NCBI GenBank assembly: GCA_964505265.1
Contig: CAZDGN010000001.1
Location: 86,767-150,766 of the forward strand
Length of the DNA: 64,000 nucleotides
Reading direction: 5' to 3'
Source: an uncultured Rickettsia sp.
GTDB taxonomy: Bacteria; Pseudomonadota; Alphaproteobacteria; Rickettsiales; UBA1997
Below, one piece after another: positions 8,966 through 18,113 of the stretch. How positions within the stretch are numbered: the first letter of the stretch is position 1; each line of letters starts with the position of its first letter. The position numbers were made by a program, and so were the translations under genes. The notes beneath the pieces are model-generated. The model saw only the letters and a program-made list of their open reading frames with translations. It ran no database searches and was not told the DNA's origin.

Positions 8966-11623
8966 ATGCCACAGCCTTTTATAGAAAGATTGCTTAAGTT
9001 TCTTTATGAAAATTATGAAAAAAGTAAATTAAATATCTTTTGGGGATCTTTAGTTTGCCTAGTTGGGCATCCATTATATTGGGCTGTGTGTGTATATCTT
9101 GTAAAAGAGCAATATGACAGTATTTTCTTTCGATTTAGCTCAAGCATAAGTTCTTTAGCTATCTTATTCTTGTTAATTTATTCTTCTCGAAAAAATTACA
9201 AAGCACAACCTTGGCTAATGATTCTGTGGTATTCGTGGGTAATGTGGATTTTGCCAATCACTTTCACTTATTTAATGCTTATTAATGATTTTTCTAAGAT
9301 TTGGTTAGTGGCTGAAACCATTATGATTTTTTTGGTAATTTTAATAGTGAACAATATTTTGCTGATACTGTTAATATTGTCTTTTGGGGTATTTTTTGGT
9401 TATTTATTTTATGATTATCTTTTTGGATATTCTTTAACCATAAGTTTTAGAGAGGTTGCCAGTATTTTATCCTTATTTCCATTTGCCTTTTTTTGCGGAA
9501 CGTTGTTTTTGACAAAGGCAAAAGTTGGCGATTTTGAAAGTAAAAAAGCCTCAATTTTCAAATCATTAGCAGGAGCAATAGCACACGAATTAAGAAACCC
9601 ACTAGCCAGCATCAGCGCTGTTGTAATTAATGTTGAAAATTATATTAATCAAATAAAAAAAAATATTTTTTTCAATGAAGAAATTGATGAAATTAGCAAT
9701 AATATTAAAAATGAAGATTTGGTTAAGAAAATTTTAAATAATTCTGAAAATCTTAAAAATGAAAGAAAACAATTGACACAATTTGTTGATTCGGTAAACC
9801 AGTCTGTTAGGCATGCCAATGATATTATTGATATTGTTTTAAGCGATATTTCTGAGAAAAAAATTGATGAGAATGATTTTATTTATTTATCCGCTTATGA
9901 AGTTATTGAAACCATCCAAAAATATTATCCTCAAAATCTGTATTCATCAAAAATTATATATGAAATTCCAGATCCAGAAAAATTTAGTAACCTATTTTTT
10001 AAAACCACCATCGAGAGATTTTACTTTATTTTCAACAATATAATTAAAAATGCTCTTTATTATTCAAATCAATTTCCAGACATGAATATTGCCATAAGTT
10101 TTGACCAAAAAATTATCTCTGGAAAAAAATATAACTTAATTAACTTTTTAGATAATGGTCCAGGAATTTCTAAATATAATATTAAAAAATTATTTAATGA
10201 TTTTTCTACTTTTAACAAAAAAGGTGGAACTGGACTTGGTTTAGCTTTTTGTAAAAAAAATATGAATTTATTTGGTGGTAATATTTATTGTGAATCGAAA
10301 TATGGCGAAGGTGATAGAGGGTGGACCAGATTTACTTTATTATTTCCATATCCTTCCAAAGAAGATGTTTTGAAAACCAAAGAACTTTCTCAGCAAAAGA
10401 AAATTTTATTGGTAGATGATCATGAAATTAACCTTATAGCCCTTAAAACTAAAATTCAAAAATTATTGCCAAACATAATTTGTGAAACCATAAGTAATTC
10501 AAGAGATGCAATAAATTTGGCCAAAAATAAAAAATTCGATTTGGTCTTAATGGATATTCAAATGCCTGAAATTGACGGAATTGAATCTGCTCGAATAATT
10601 AAAAAAACTAAAAATAATTTACCAATTATTTCGGCAACTTCACTTTCTTATGAAACCTTTTATGAAGATTTGAAAAATCGCGGTAATGTCAATGATTTTT
10701 CTGGCTATATTAGCAAAAATTCACCTTCCAATCAGGTAGCTAGAAATATTTCCAAACTACTTTTTAATTATGAAGATAATCTTAATTATCTTGGTAATAA
10801 AATTGAAAAAATATATAGAAAAATCGCTGGTAAAAAAATAATTTTGGCCGATGATCAGGAGTTGAATTTGGTTATGACTAGAAAAATGTTGGAAAAGTTA
10901 AATGTTATAACGATTGAAGCTAGAAGCGGTATTGAGGTATTAAATTTATATAAAAATAGTCTAGATAATTTTGGAAAAACAAGTTTTAATGCAATTATAA
11001 CCGATATTAATATGGATTTTTTAAATGGGGATGAGGCCTCAAGTGAAATTCGTAAAATTGAAGAAGCTAATAACATTGAATTTGACAAAAAAATACCCAT
11101 AATCGCACTTACAGGAGATGACTCTGCAGATGCGGTATCTGGATATTTTAAAAATGGTATGAATGATTATTTTGTTAAGGGTAAAAATTTTGAAATTTTG
11201 ATAAAGATTTTAGCCAATAATTTTGTTGATATCGATACCGATAAAGATTTCTTAGATAGAAGTTTTAATAATTTTCAACAACCAGAAATTAGCATTAATT
11301 CTAGTAAAGTTTTTAATTCAAATTTTATTTCTAATTTTTCCAAAGAAGAAAAGACGAAAATTTTAAATTTATTTATCGATGATAGTAAGCAAATAATTTC
11401 TAAAATAAAAAAATATAATTCTTTTGGCAATCATGAGGTAGTTAATAATCATTTACATTCTCTTAAGGGGATATTGGCAAATGTTGGTGCCGAAAAAATG
11501 TTCAATTATGTTAAAACAATTGATAAAATTTATAACAACAAATCTCAAAATGATGATTGGGTTAAAAATATAGATGATTTGCATTTAGAATTACTTAAAG
11601 AGTTGGATAGTTTTCTGAATTAA
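8966..11623 (+). CDS. Membrane-bound hybrid sensor histidine kinase: about 6 TM helices, HisKA, HATPase, REC, REC, Hpt
   Basis: Hydrophobic N-terminal segment spans aa 20-185. H-box is AIAHELRNPLASI, with the His codon at 9584-9586. N box is NNIIKNALYYS, G1 is LDNGPGIS, G2 is GGTGLGLAFC. REC1 is LLVDDHEINL…DLVLMDIQMPEIDG. REC2 is ILADDQELNL…AIITDINMDFLNG. Hpt is NNHLHSLKGILANVGA. Confidence 0.9.
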   Translation: MPQPFIERLLKFLYENYEKSKLNIFWGSLVCLVGHPLYWAVCVYLVKEQYDSIFFRFSSSISSLAILFLLIYSSRKNYKAQPWLMILWYSWVMWILPITFTYLMLINDFSKIWLVAETIMIFLVILIVNNILLILLILSFGVFFGYLFYDYLFGYSLTISFREVASILSLFPFAFFCGTLFLTKAKVGDFESKKASIFKSLAGAIAHELRNPLASISAVVINVENYINQIKKNIFFNEEIDEISNNIKNEDLVKKILNNSENLKNERKQLTQFVDSVNQSVRHANDIIDIVLSDISEKKIDENDFIYLSAYEVIETIQKYYPQNLYSSKIIYEIPDPEKFSNLFFKTTIERFYFIFNNIIKNALYYSNQFPDMNIAISFDQKIISGKKYNLINFLDNGPGISKYNIKKLFNDFSTFNKKGGTGLGLAFCKKNMNLFGGNIYCESKYGEGDRGWTRFTLLFPYPSKEDVLKTKELSQQKKILLVDDHEINLIALKTKIQKLLPNIICETISNSRDAINLAKNKKFDLVLMDIQMPEIDGIESARIIKKTKNNLPIISATSLSYETFYEDLKNRGNVNDFSGYISKNSPSNQVARNISKLLFNYEDNLNYLGNKIEKIYRKIAGKKIILADDQELNLVMTRKMLEKLNVITIEARSGIEVLNLYKNSLDNFGKTSFNAIITDINMDFLNGDEASSEIRKIEEANNIEFDKKIPIIALTGDDSADAVSGYFKNGMNDYFVKGKNFEILIKILANNFVDIDTDKDFLDRSFNNFQQPEISINSSKVFNSNFISNFSKEEKTKILNLFIDDSKQIISKIKKYNSFGNHEVVNNHLHSLKGILANVGAEKMFNYVKTIDKIYNNKSQNDDWVKNIDDLHLELLKELDSFLN

Positions 11624-12025
11624 AAGATAGTTTTGTTGTGGGGTTTTTGAAAAATTTTTAAACTTCAATTCCAATTTTAGACGAGAGCGGCGATATTTTA
11701 TATTTGGTTTTAGCAGCTCAATATTTTTATACCCTTTAAATAACTTGGCTCGCAAGCAAATGATAACATCATCATGATTTTAAATTTAATAAATGCCATA
11801 GGAGAAATGATGTAATAATTTTTCAATGCGATGTTGATAACTACAAATATTGATAAAAATTTTGATTTAACAAAAAAGAATATTTAGTAATAAAAGGCTG
11901 TGTAATAACCATCCCTAGGTTAAACCCCCTATATTAATTTTTAATAATTTTAACAAAAAAACTTATTGTTAAGTTGCGATTATATTTTACTATAAATTTT
12001 TTCAAATATTTCTAAAAAAAAACAT

Positions 12026-12511
12026 CTACAAAATTTTTAACATAATTACATCGTCAACATATTCATTGTTAATTTTGGCAAAATTTGGACGAATGGCAAT
12101 AATTTTGTATCCCAATTTTTCATATAAATTGATAGCAATTTTGTTATTAAAATTGCAACCGAGATATATTTGCAAAATATTTTTTTGTTTAGCAAAATTT
12201 TCAACAAATTTTATTAATTTGGTAGCAATTCCCAACTTGCGATGGGAGTGCTTGATATATAGACCGCCTATCTCGGCGGTATGATTGATTTTATTTTTTT
12301 TAGCAATTTCAAAACTAATCATTCCTATTAAATTATTTTCTTGAAAAAATCCAAACCAAAAGCTATTTTGTAATTTTTGTTGCCAGTCTAAATTAGAATA
12401 TTTAATTTCTTCCTCAAAAGTTGACAAGAAATTATTTGGTTCGGTTTTTAATGCTTCAAGCCGAAGATTAATAAATGAATTTAGTTGATTTGAATCAATA
12501 ATTTTAATCAT
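12026..12511 (-). CDS. GNAT-family N-acetyltransferase
   Basis: 161 aa with acetyl-CoA motif A, HSHRKLGIATKLI. The C-terminal part reads LYEKLGYKI. Confidence 0.85.
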   Translation of the reverse strand: MIKIIDSNQLNSFINLRLEALKTEPNNFLSTFEEEIKYSNLDWQQKLQNSFWFGFFQENNLIGMISFEIAKKNKINHTAEIGGLYIKHSHRKLGIATKLIKFVENFAKQKNILQIYLGCNFNNKIAINLYEKLGYKIIAIRPNFAKINNEYVDDVIMLKIL

Positions 12512-12512
12512 T

Positions 12513-12917
12513 TTAAATAATTATGCAGTGTTCATTAGTTGGTGATAAAATTTCATGATCATAAACTTTAAAATTTTGCGGTGGCGGAAAAAATGCATTA
12601 TGATGGTTTGAGAAAAATGAGTTAACAGAATATAATATCGGGTCTCGTCTGTTGTTTGAGAAAAATGAGTTAACAGGATATAGTGTGGGGTCTTGTGTTT
12701 TATTACGATTAATATGAATCGCATATTGTATATGAAAATTATCATGAGATCTATTATTTGTTTGTGGAGTTGTCGATTTATTAGAAATTTTAGAAAGATT
12801 TATTGAACTAAAAGAAGAATTAAATATGTATTCGTTACCATTCCCAAATGTGGTTCTTGCTTGATTTGATCCGCCTCCAGCTCCAAGACCACCTGCAATA
12901 AAATTCAATAATGACAT
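12513..12917 (-). CDS. Hypothetical small protein with an internal 16-aa tandem repeat and a C-terminal CIII
   Basis: The ORF fills the gap between glmM (stop 12918) and the GNAT gene (start 12511) exactly. The N-terminus is MSLLNFIAGGLGAGGGS. The repeats are DPTLYPVNSFFSNNRR and DPILYSVNSFFSNHHN. Confidence 0.6.
   Translation of the reverse strand: MSLLNFIAGGLGAGGGSNQARTTFGNGNEYIFNSSFSSINLSKISNKSTTPQTNNRSHDNFHIQYAIHINRNKTQDPTLYPVNSFFSNNRRDPILYSVNSFFSNHHNAFFPPPQNFKVYDHEILSPTNEHCIII
12607..12702. repeat. 48-bp tandem direct repeat (2 copies) inside the small ORF
   Basis: tttgagaaaaatgagttaacag starts at both 12607 and 12655. The copies diverge at a few positions. Confidence 0.8.
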
Positions 12918-14285
12918 TTAGTTATCCATAATTTTTTGTTTAATATTTTCGGCAATATTTTGAATTGCATTCAAATTTTTACCTTCAACCATGATTCGAA
13001 TTAAATTTTCAGTTCCAGATTTGCGAACCAATATTCTGCCTGATTTACCAACAATTTCTTGCTGTGATTTTATGTAATCTTGAATTTCATTTTTTTGCAA
13101 AGGATTGACCTCGCTTTGAAATTTTACATTTACTAAAATTTGTGGATTAAGACTAAAAATCTGCCTCAAATTGCTAATTTTTTGTTGCTTTTGATTGGCT
13201 AGAACTTCAAGAATTTGTAGTGAAGCAATTAGACCGTCGCCAGTAGTGGAGTAGTCTGAAAGCACAATATGACCCGATTGTTCAGCGCCAAAATTACATT
13301 TTTGTTTTTTCATTTCTTCTAAAACATAACGATCGCCAATATTGGTGCGAATTGTAGAAACGCCAATATAATTTAAATATTCCTCCAGTGCCATATTAGA
13401 CATTTGAGTTATGACCACCAAATCTTTTTTAAGCCTGCCTTCATTATGAAGTTTTTCAGCGATAAGAGCAATTAAAATATCGCCATCAATCATATTACCC
13501 AAATCATCAACTACCACTAATCTGTCGGCATCACCATCAAGGGCAATACCAATATCAGCCTGATGTTTCAAGACTTGTTGTTGCAAATCATGCGGATGGG
13601 TGGATCCGCAATTTAGATTAATATTAAAACCATTTGGTTCGGTGTGAATTTCAATAACTTCTGCACCAAGCTCTCGAAAAATTGTGGGTGCGATATTGTA
13701 AGAAGCACCATTTGCGCAGTCGACTACAATTTTAATATTGGTTAAATTTTTATCCTTTGGAAATGAATTTTTAACAAATTCAATATATCGTCCTTTTGGG
13801 TCTTCGAGCCTTTTTACCCGACCTAAATCATCAGATTTTGCTAAATATTTTTCTAAATTGCTATCAATCATTTGTTCAATTTCAAATTCAATTTCGTCAT
13901 CTAATTTGTTACCATCGCGATTGAAAATTTTGATGCCATTATCACCAAATGGATTATGCGAAGCTGAAATCATTATGCCAATATCGGCTCGAAGCGAACG
14001 GGTAAGCATAGAAACTGCTGGTGTTGGCACTGGACCTACTAAAAACACATCAAGACCCATAGCCACAAATCCTGAGGTTAAGGCGGGTTCAATCATATAG
14101 CCCGATAATCTGGTGTCTTTGCCAATTACTACACGGTGGCGATGCGAATCATTAGTGAAAGCCTTGCCAAACCTTGCGCCAAGAGCCATACCAACTTTTA
14201 GGGCAATTTCTGCCGTCATCGGAAATTGATTGGCGGTGCCACGAATGCCATCGGTTCCAAAATATTTTTTATGAATTTTTGTCAT
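12918..14285 (-). CDS. glmM: Phosphoglucosamine mutase
   Basis: Contains the active-site Ser loop ISASHNPFGDNGIK and the metal loop LDGDADRL. Length is 455 aa. Confidence 0.95.
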   Translation of the reverse strand: MTKIHKKYFGTDGIRGTANQFPMTAEIALKVGMALGARFGKAFTNDSHRHRVVIGKDTRLSGYMIEPALTSGFVAMGLDVFLVGPVPTPAVSMLTRSLRADIGIMISASHNPFGDNGIKIFNRDGNKLDDEIEFEIEQMIDSNLEKYLAKSDDLGRVKRLEDPKGRYIEFVKNSFPKDKNLTNIKIVVDCANGASYNIAPTIFRELGAEVIEIHTEPNGFNINLNCGSTHPHDLQQQVLKHQADIGIALDGDADRLVVVDDLGNMIDGDILIALIAEKLHNEGRLKKDLVVITQMSNMALEEYLNYIGVSTIRTNIGDRYVLEEMKKQKCNFGAEQSGHIVLSDYSTTGDGLIASLQILEVLANQKQQKISNLRQIFSLNPQILVNVKFQSEVNPLQKNEIQDYIKSQQEIVGKSGRILVRKSGTENLIRIMVEGKNLNAIQNIAENIKQKIMDN

Positions 14286-14290
14286 CTTAT

Positions 14291-15181
14291 TTATAAACTT
14301 AAAATGGTAATAATTGAAAATAATGTAATAAAAATGCCGATAAGATTTTTTATATTATGTTTTTCATTAAAATAATAAATTGAAATTAAAATGGCAATTA
14401 TTATTTCAATTTGAGCTAATATTTTTACCCCCAATACCTCGCCAAAACTGTAAGCGCTATACCAAAAAAAGGAGCCAATAAAACTAAAAATACTGGCAAT
14501 AAAAAAAGATTTTCGATTTTGAGCATGCCACAATGATTTAATACTTGAAATCAATGATTTTTCTTTAATTTTAATTAAAATAAAAAAAATATTTTGAAAA
14601 AAAATTGTCCATAACAAAACTATGGTTGATGCCAAAAAAATATGGTAATTCTCGTTAATTAAAATTTGAGTTGCATCTTTTAAATTAAAGGCGGTAATGG
14701 CAAAACAAGAACCACATAAAATGCCATAAAAATTTTTTGGATTTTTGATTGAATCAATAAATTCTTGGCGATTATTAAATTTAAAATCACTCATTAAAAT
14801 AATTCCGATAAAAGATAAAATTAATAACAATATTTTAAATGGTAATATTTTAAGATTGTAAAAAAAGTAGCCGATTATTAAAGCTTGAATTGTTTCGGTC
14901 TTGCCTAGAGCAACTGCGATTGAAAAATTTTTACTCTGCATTGCTTTAATCAAAAAAATACTTCCTAACATTTGAAAAAAAGCATTGGTTAAGATATATT
15001 TAAAAAAAACAAAATTGTAGTTTTGGAAAGTGAGTAATACTAAAATTATGGCAATTGGAAATGGCATAATAAATCTTGCCCAAGAAGAGGTTATGGCATC
15101 TACTTTTTTTGATAAATTTTTTTGTTCCAGATTGCGAAAAATTTGAAAAAAAACTGCAAGTAAAGTTAAAATTATCCACAT
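14291..15181 (-). CDS. EamA/DMT-family transporter
   Basis: 296 aa with about 10 predicted TM helices in two-EamA-repeat organisation. Confidence 0.75.
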   Translation of the reverse strand: MWIILTLLAVFFQIFRNLEQKNLSKKVDAITSSWARFIMPFPIAIILVLLTFQNYNFVFFKYILTNAFFQMLGSIFLIKAMQSKNFSIAVALGKTETIQALIIGYFFYNLKILPFKILLLILSFIGIILMSDFKFNNRQEFIDSIKNPKNFYGILCGSCFAITAFNLKDATQILINENYHIFLASTIVLLWTIFFQNIFFILIKIKEKSLISSIKSLWHAQNRKSFFIASIFSFIGSFFWYSAYSFGEVLGVKILAQIEIIIAILISIYYFNEKHNIKNLIGIFITLFSIITILSL

Positions 15182-17215
15182 TTATAATTGCAAAGTTTGT
15201 TTTAAAAAATTTAGCGCATCGGGAATTTTGTTGATATAAACTCCGGCTCCCATCGCCAAATCTTTTTTGCCACCTCCGCCCTTGCCACCAATAATTTCAG
15301 TGATTTGCGGTAAAATTTTGCTTGCATCAAATTTATTAGTTAAGTCGTTAGAAATCGCTAAACAAACTGCAACCTTATCATCGATAATGCCAAAAAAAAC
15401 TAAAATTTGGGATTTAGAAAATTGTTGGGATTTTTGCGCAAACATCATGATTTCTCGAAGGTCTTTGCTGTCGGTTTCTTTGAAAATATGATGAGAAAAA
15501 TTGATACTTTTTATGTTTTCGGTTTGAATTTTTTGTAAATTTTGGCTCCAAATTTCTTGTTTTAAACGCAAAATTTCCTTATCTTTTTCCTTAATATTTT
15601 GTAAAAAATCAATTCCAATTTGGGTAGTCTTTTCTAGGGCTTGATTTAGGTTTTGACTTTGACTTTTATTGATAATTTTTGGAGTATTTTCGTTAAGAAA
15701 ATAACTTAAATCATCATAGCCAACTTTGTTTGATAAAAACTCGTTTTCAGCAATTTTTACCTCATCAAATTGTTGCTTTACCTTAAGAGAATTCAATAAA
15801 GCGTAGAATTTTTGTTCTTGGAGTTTTAAATGTTGAAGTGCGTAAAAACCTGATTTGGCAGTAATTCTACGAACTCCAGATGCTACTCCATTTTCAGAGA
15901 TAATTTTAAAAATTCCAATATTGCCAGTATTTTCAACATGAGTTCCGCCGCATAATTCAACCGAAGGGCCCATGGCAACAACTCGAACGATATCGTCATA
16001 TTTTTCGCCAAAAAGAGCCTCGGCACCGGAATTTCTGGCCTGATCAATTGGCATTTCATTGGTATGAATTTTTGAATTTTGACGAATGTAAAAATTGACC
16101 AACTCCTCAACCTGTTCAATTTCTTCATTTGACATCGCGCGATTTAAATTAAAATCGAAAGTAAGTTGTTTGGCATCAACATTTGAACCTTTTTGCGAGA
16201 TGGAATTGCCCAAAACCTCTTTCAAAGCCTTGTGCAAAAGGTGAGTTGCCGAGTGATTTTGTGCCCGAAATTGGCGATTGCGATTATTGACGATGGCAAT
16301 AACTTCATCGCCGATTGATAGATTTCCTTTAAAATCGGCAACGAAATGCGCAAAAAGATTTCCAGCAAATTTTTTGGTTTCCAAAATATCGACAAAATTT
16401 TCAATATTATTATAGTCAATTGGTTTATTTTCTTGATAATTTGTTGAAATAAATAAATTTCCATCATCGCCTTTTTGACCACCTGAAGTAGCATAAAATG
16501 GGGTTTGGTCAAGAATTATAAAAATTAAATCACCAGCTTTTTTTTCAATTAAATTTAAATTCGATACTTCTTTAAGATTATGAAAAATTCCTAAAATTTT
16601 TGCTCGTGCTTTAGTGGTTTGGTGATATAAAAATTTAGTTTCACCAAATCTTTCTTTAAGTGTAAAAAAGATTTTGTCATCAGCGATTTCACCACTTCCA
16701 GCCCAACTTTGACGGGCTCTTTGGCGTTGATTTTCCATTTCTGATTCAAATTTATCGAGATCAATTTCTAAATTATTTTCGCTACAAATATTTTGTGTTA
16801 AATCAAGCGGAAAGCCAAAAGTGTCGTAGAGTTTAAAGGCAATTTCCCCTGATAATTTTTGCTTTGAATTATTAGAATTTTTAATTTTGGCAATTTCTTC
16901 ATCCAAAATTTTTAAGCCATTTTCGAGGGTTTCACGAAATTTTTCTTCTTCATTTTTTAAGGTTTCGATAATTACATTTTTAGCCCTAGATAATTCGGGA
17001 AAATTTTCCCCCATTTCGGTAATTAAAGCTACAACCAATTGGTGCATAATTAAATTTTTTGCTCCCAATTTATGAATTTGGCGAACACTTCTGCGAATAA
17101 TTCTGCGAAGTACGTATCCTCTACCTTCATTACTTGGTAAAATGCCATCGGCAATTAAAAAACAGCTAGAGCGTAAATGATCGGCAATGATTTTATATTC
17201 AGTTTTTAAAGACAT
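15182..17215 (-). CDS. alaS: Alanyl-tRNA synthetase lacking the N-terminal catalytic core (tRNA-recognition, editing and C-Ala domains only)
   Basis: It starts [42 protein letters not shown]. This aligns to about residue 278 onward of E. coli AlaRS ([37 protein letters not shown]). Editing motifs HSATHLLH and CGGTHV are present, as is the C-Ala motif [16 protein letters not shown]. A TAA lies one codon upstream of the ATG in frame. Confidence 0.9.
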   Translation of the reverse strand: [677 protein letters not shown]

Positions 17216-18113
17216 TTTTTAGAATTTTGTTTAAACTATTTTTATTCACAAATTCAATCGAAATTGCAACTATTATTAAAATTAAACCAAAGGTTCCAAA
17301 AATTGTAAAGGTGAAATTTTCTAAAAATGCAGAAACAATCAATGCAATTGTTGGGTAAATTAATGCAGTGTAATTGGCTCTAACTGAACCAATTTTTTGT
17401 ATTAAATAATATAGACACAAAAAGGCAACGATTGAGGAAAAAAATATTTGATAAAGTAATGAATAAATAAATTTAGTTGAATAATCAAATTCAAAATTAT
17501 GGCTTAAAGCGAGATTTAAAATAAATAAAAAAACCGAGCTAAAGCCAGAATAATAGGCAATTGCGGTGAATAAAGGAGTATGATTCTGGTTGCGGTTTTT
17601 TTCTACTAAAAAATTGCCAAAAGAAAATACAATCATCATAAAAATTCCAAGAACGAAACCCAGAATTTTTTGGCTCAATGGTGAATTGTCAAATTGCAAG
17701 AAGGGAGCGATAAATAATATTAATCCAATGGTGCCGATAGTGCTGCTTATGATAATTTTTTTCTGAATTTTTTTGCCATCGAAAATAGCTTTAAAAATTT
17801 CTGAAGTGATAATTGTTAGACTAAAAATTACTGCAATCATACCGCTTGGAATAAATTTACTGGCATGATAACCGATAATAAAATTCAAGAAAAAATTGCA
17901 AAAGGCGATGCTTAGAAAAAATTTATATTCAGTTTTGAAGGGTTTTAATCTTTTATTAGTGATTATGCATAGTAAAAACATTATTAGGGAGACGGGGAGG
18001 AAACGGTAAAATAATGAAATTTCGGGTGGCAAAAATGATTGAACCTGAAATTTCATTGCAATCCAGCTAAAACCCCAAGCAAAGCACATTCCAATGAAGG
18101 CAGTTAATGTCAT
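17199..18113 (-). CDS. EamA/DMT-family transporter
   Basis: 304 aa with about 10 TM helices. Its 3' end overlaps the alaS-fragment start by 17 nt. Confidence 0.75.
   Translation of the reverse strand: MTLTAFIGMCFAWGFSWIAMKFQVQSFLPPEISLFYRFLPVSLIMFLLCIITNKRLKPFKTEYKFFLSIAFCNFFLNFIIGYHASKFIPSGMIAVIFSLTIITSEIFKAIFDGKKIQKKIIISSTIGTIGLILFIAPFLQFDNSPLSQKILGFVLGIFMMIVFSFGNFLVEKNRNQNHTPLFTAIAYYSGFSSVFLFILNLALSHNFEFDYSTKFIYSLLYQIFFSSIVAFLCLYYLIQKIGSVRANYTALIYPTIALIVSAFLENFTFTIFGTFGLILIIVAISIEFVNKNSLNKILKNVFKN

Noticed and set aside
11624-12025. Possible ncRNA (tmRNA, RNase P, SRP or riboswitch) in the 402-bp spacer after the sensor kinase
   Set aside because: I found no conserved boxes, tRNA-like ends or convincing extended helices by eye. 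It is left unannotated and needs a covariance-model scan.
12607-12702. Possible CRISPR-like or minisatellite repeat
   Set aside because: There are only two 48-bp copies and no spacers. The repeat is in frame inside a coding ORF, so it is an intragenic duplication and not a CRISPR array. I saw no CRISPR-like arrays elsewhere in the window.
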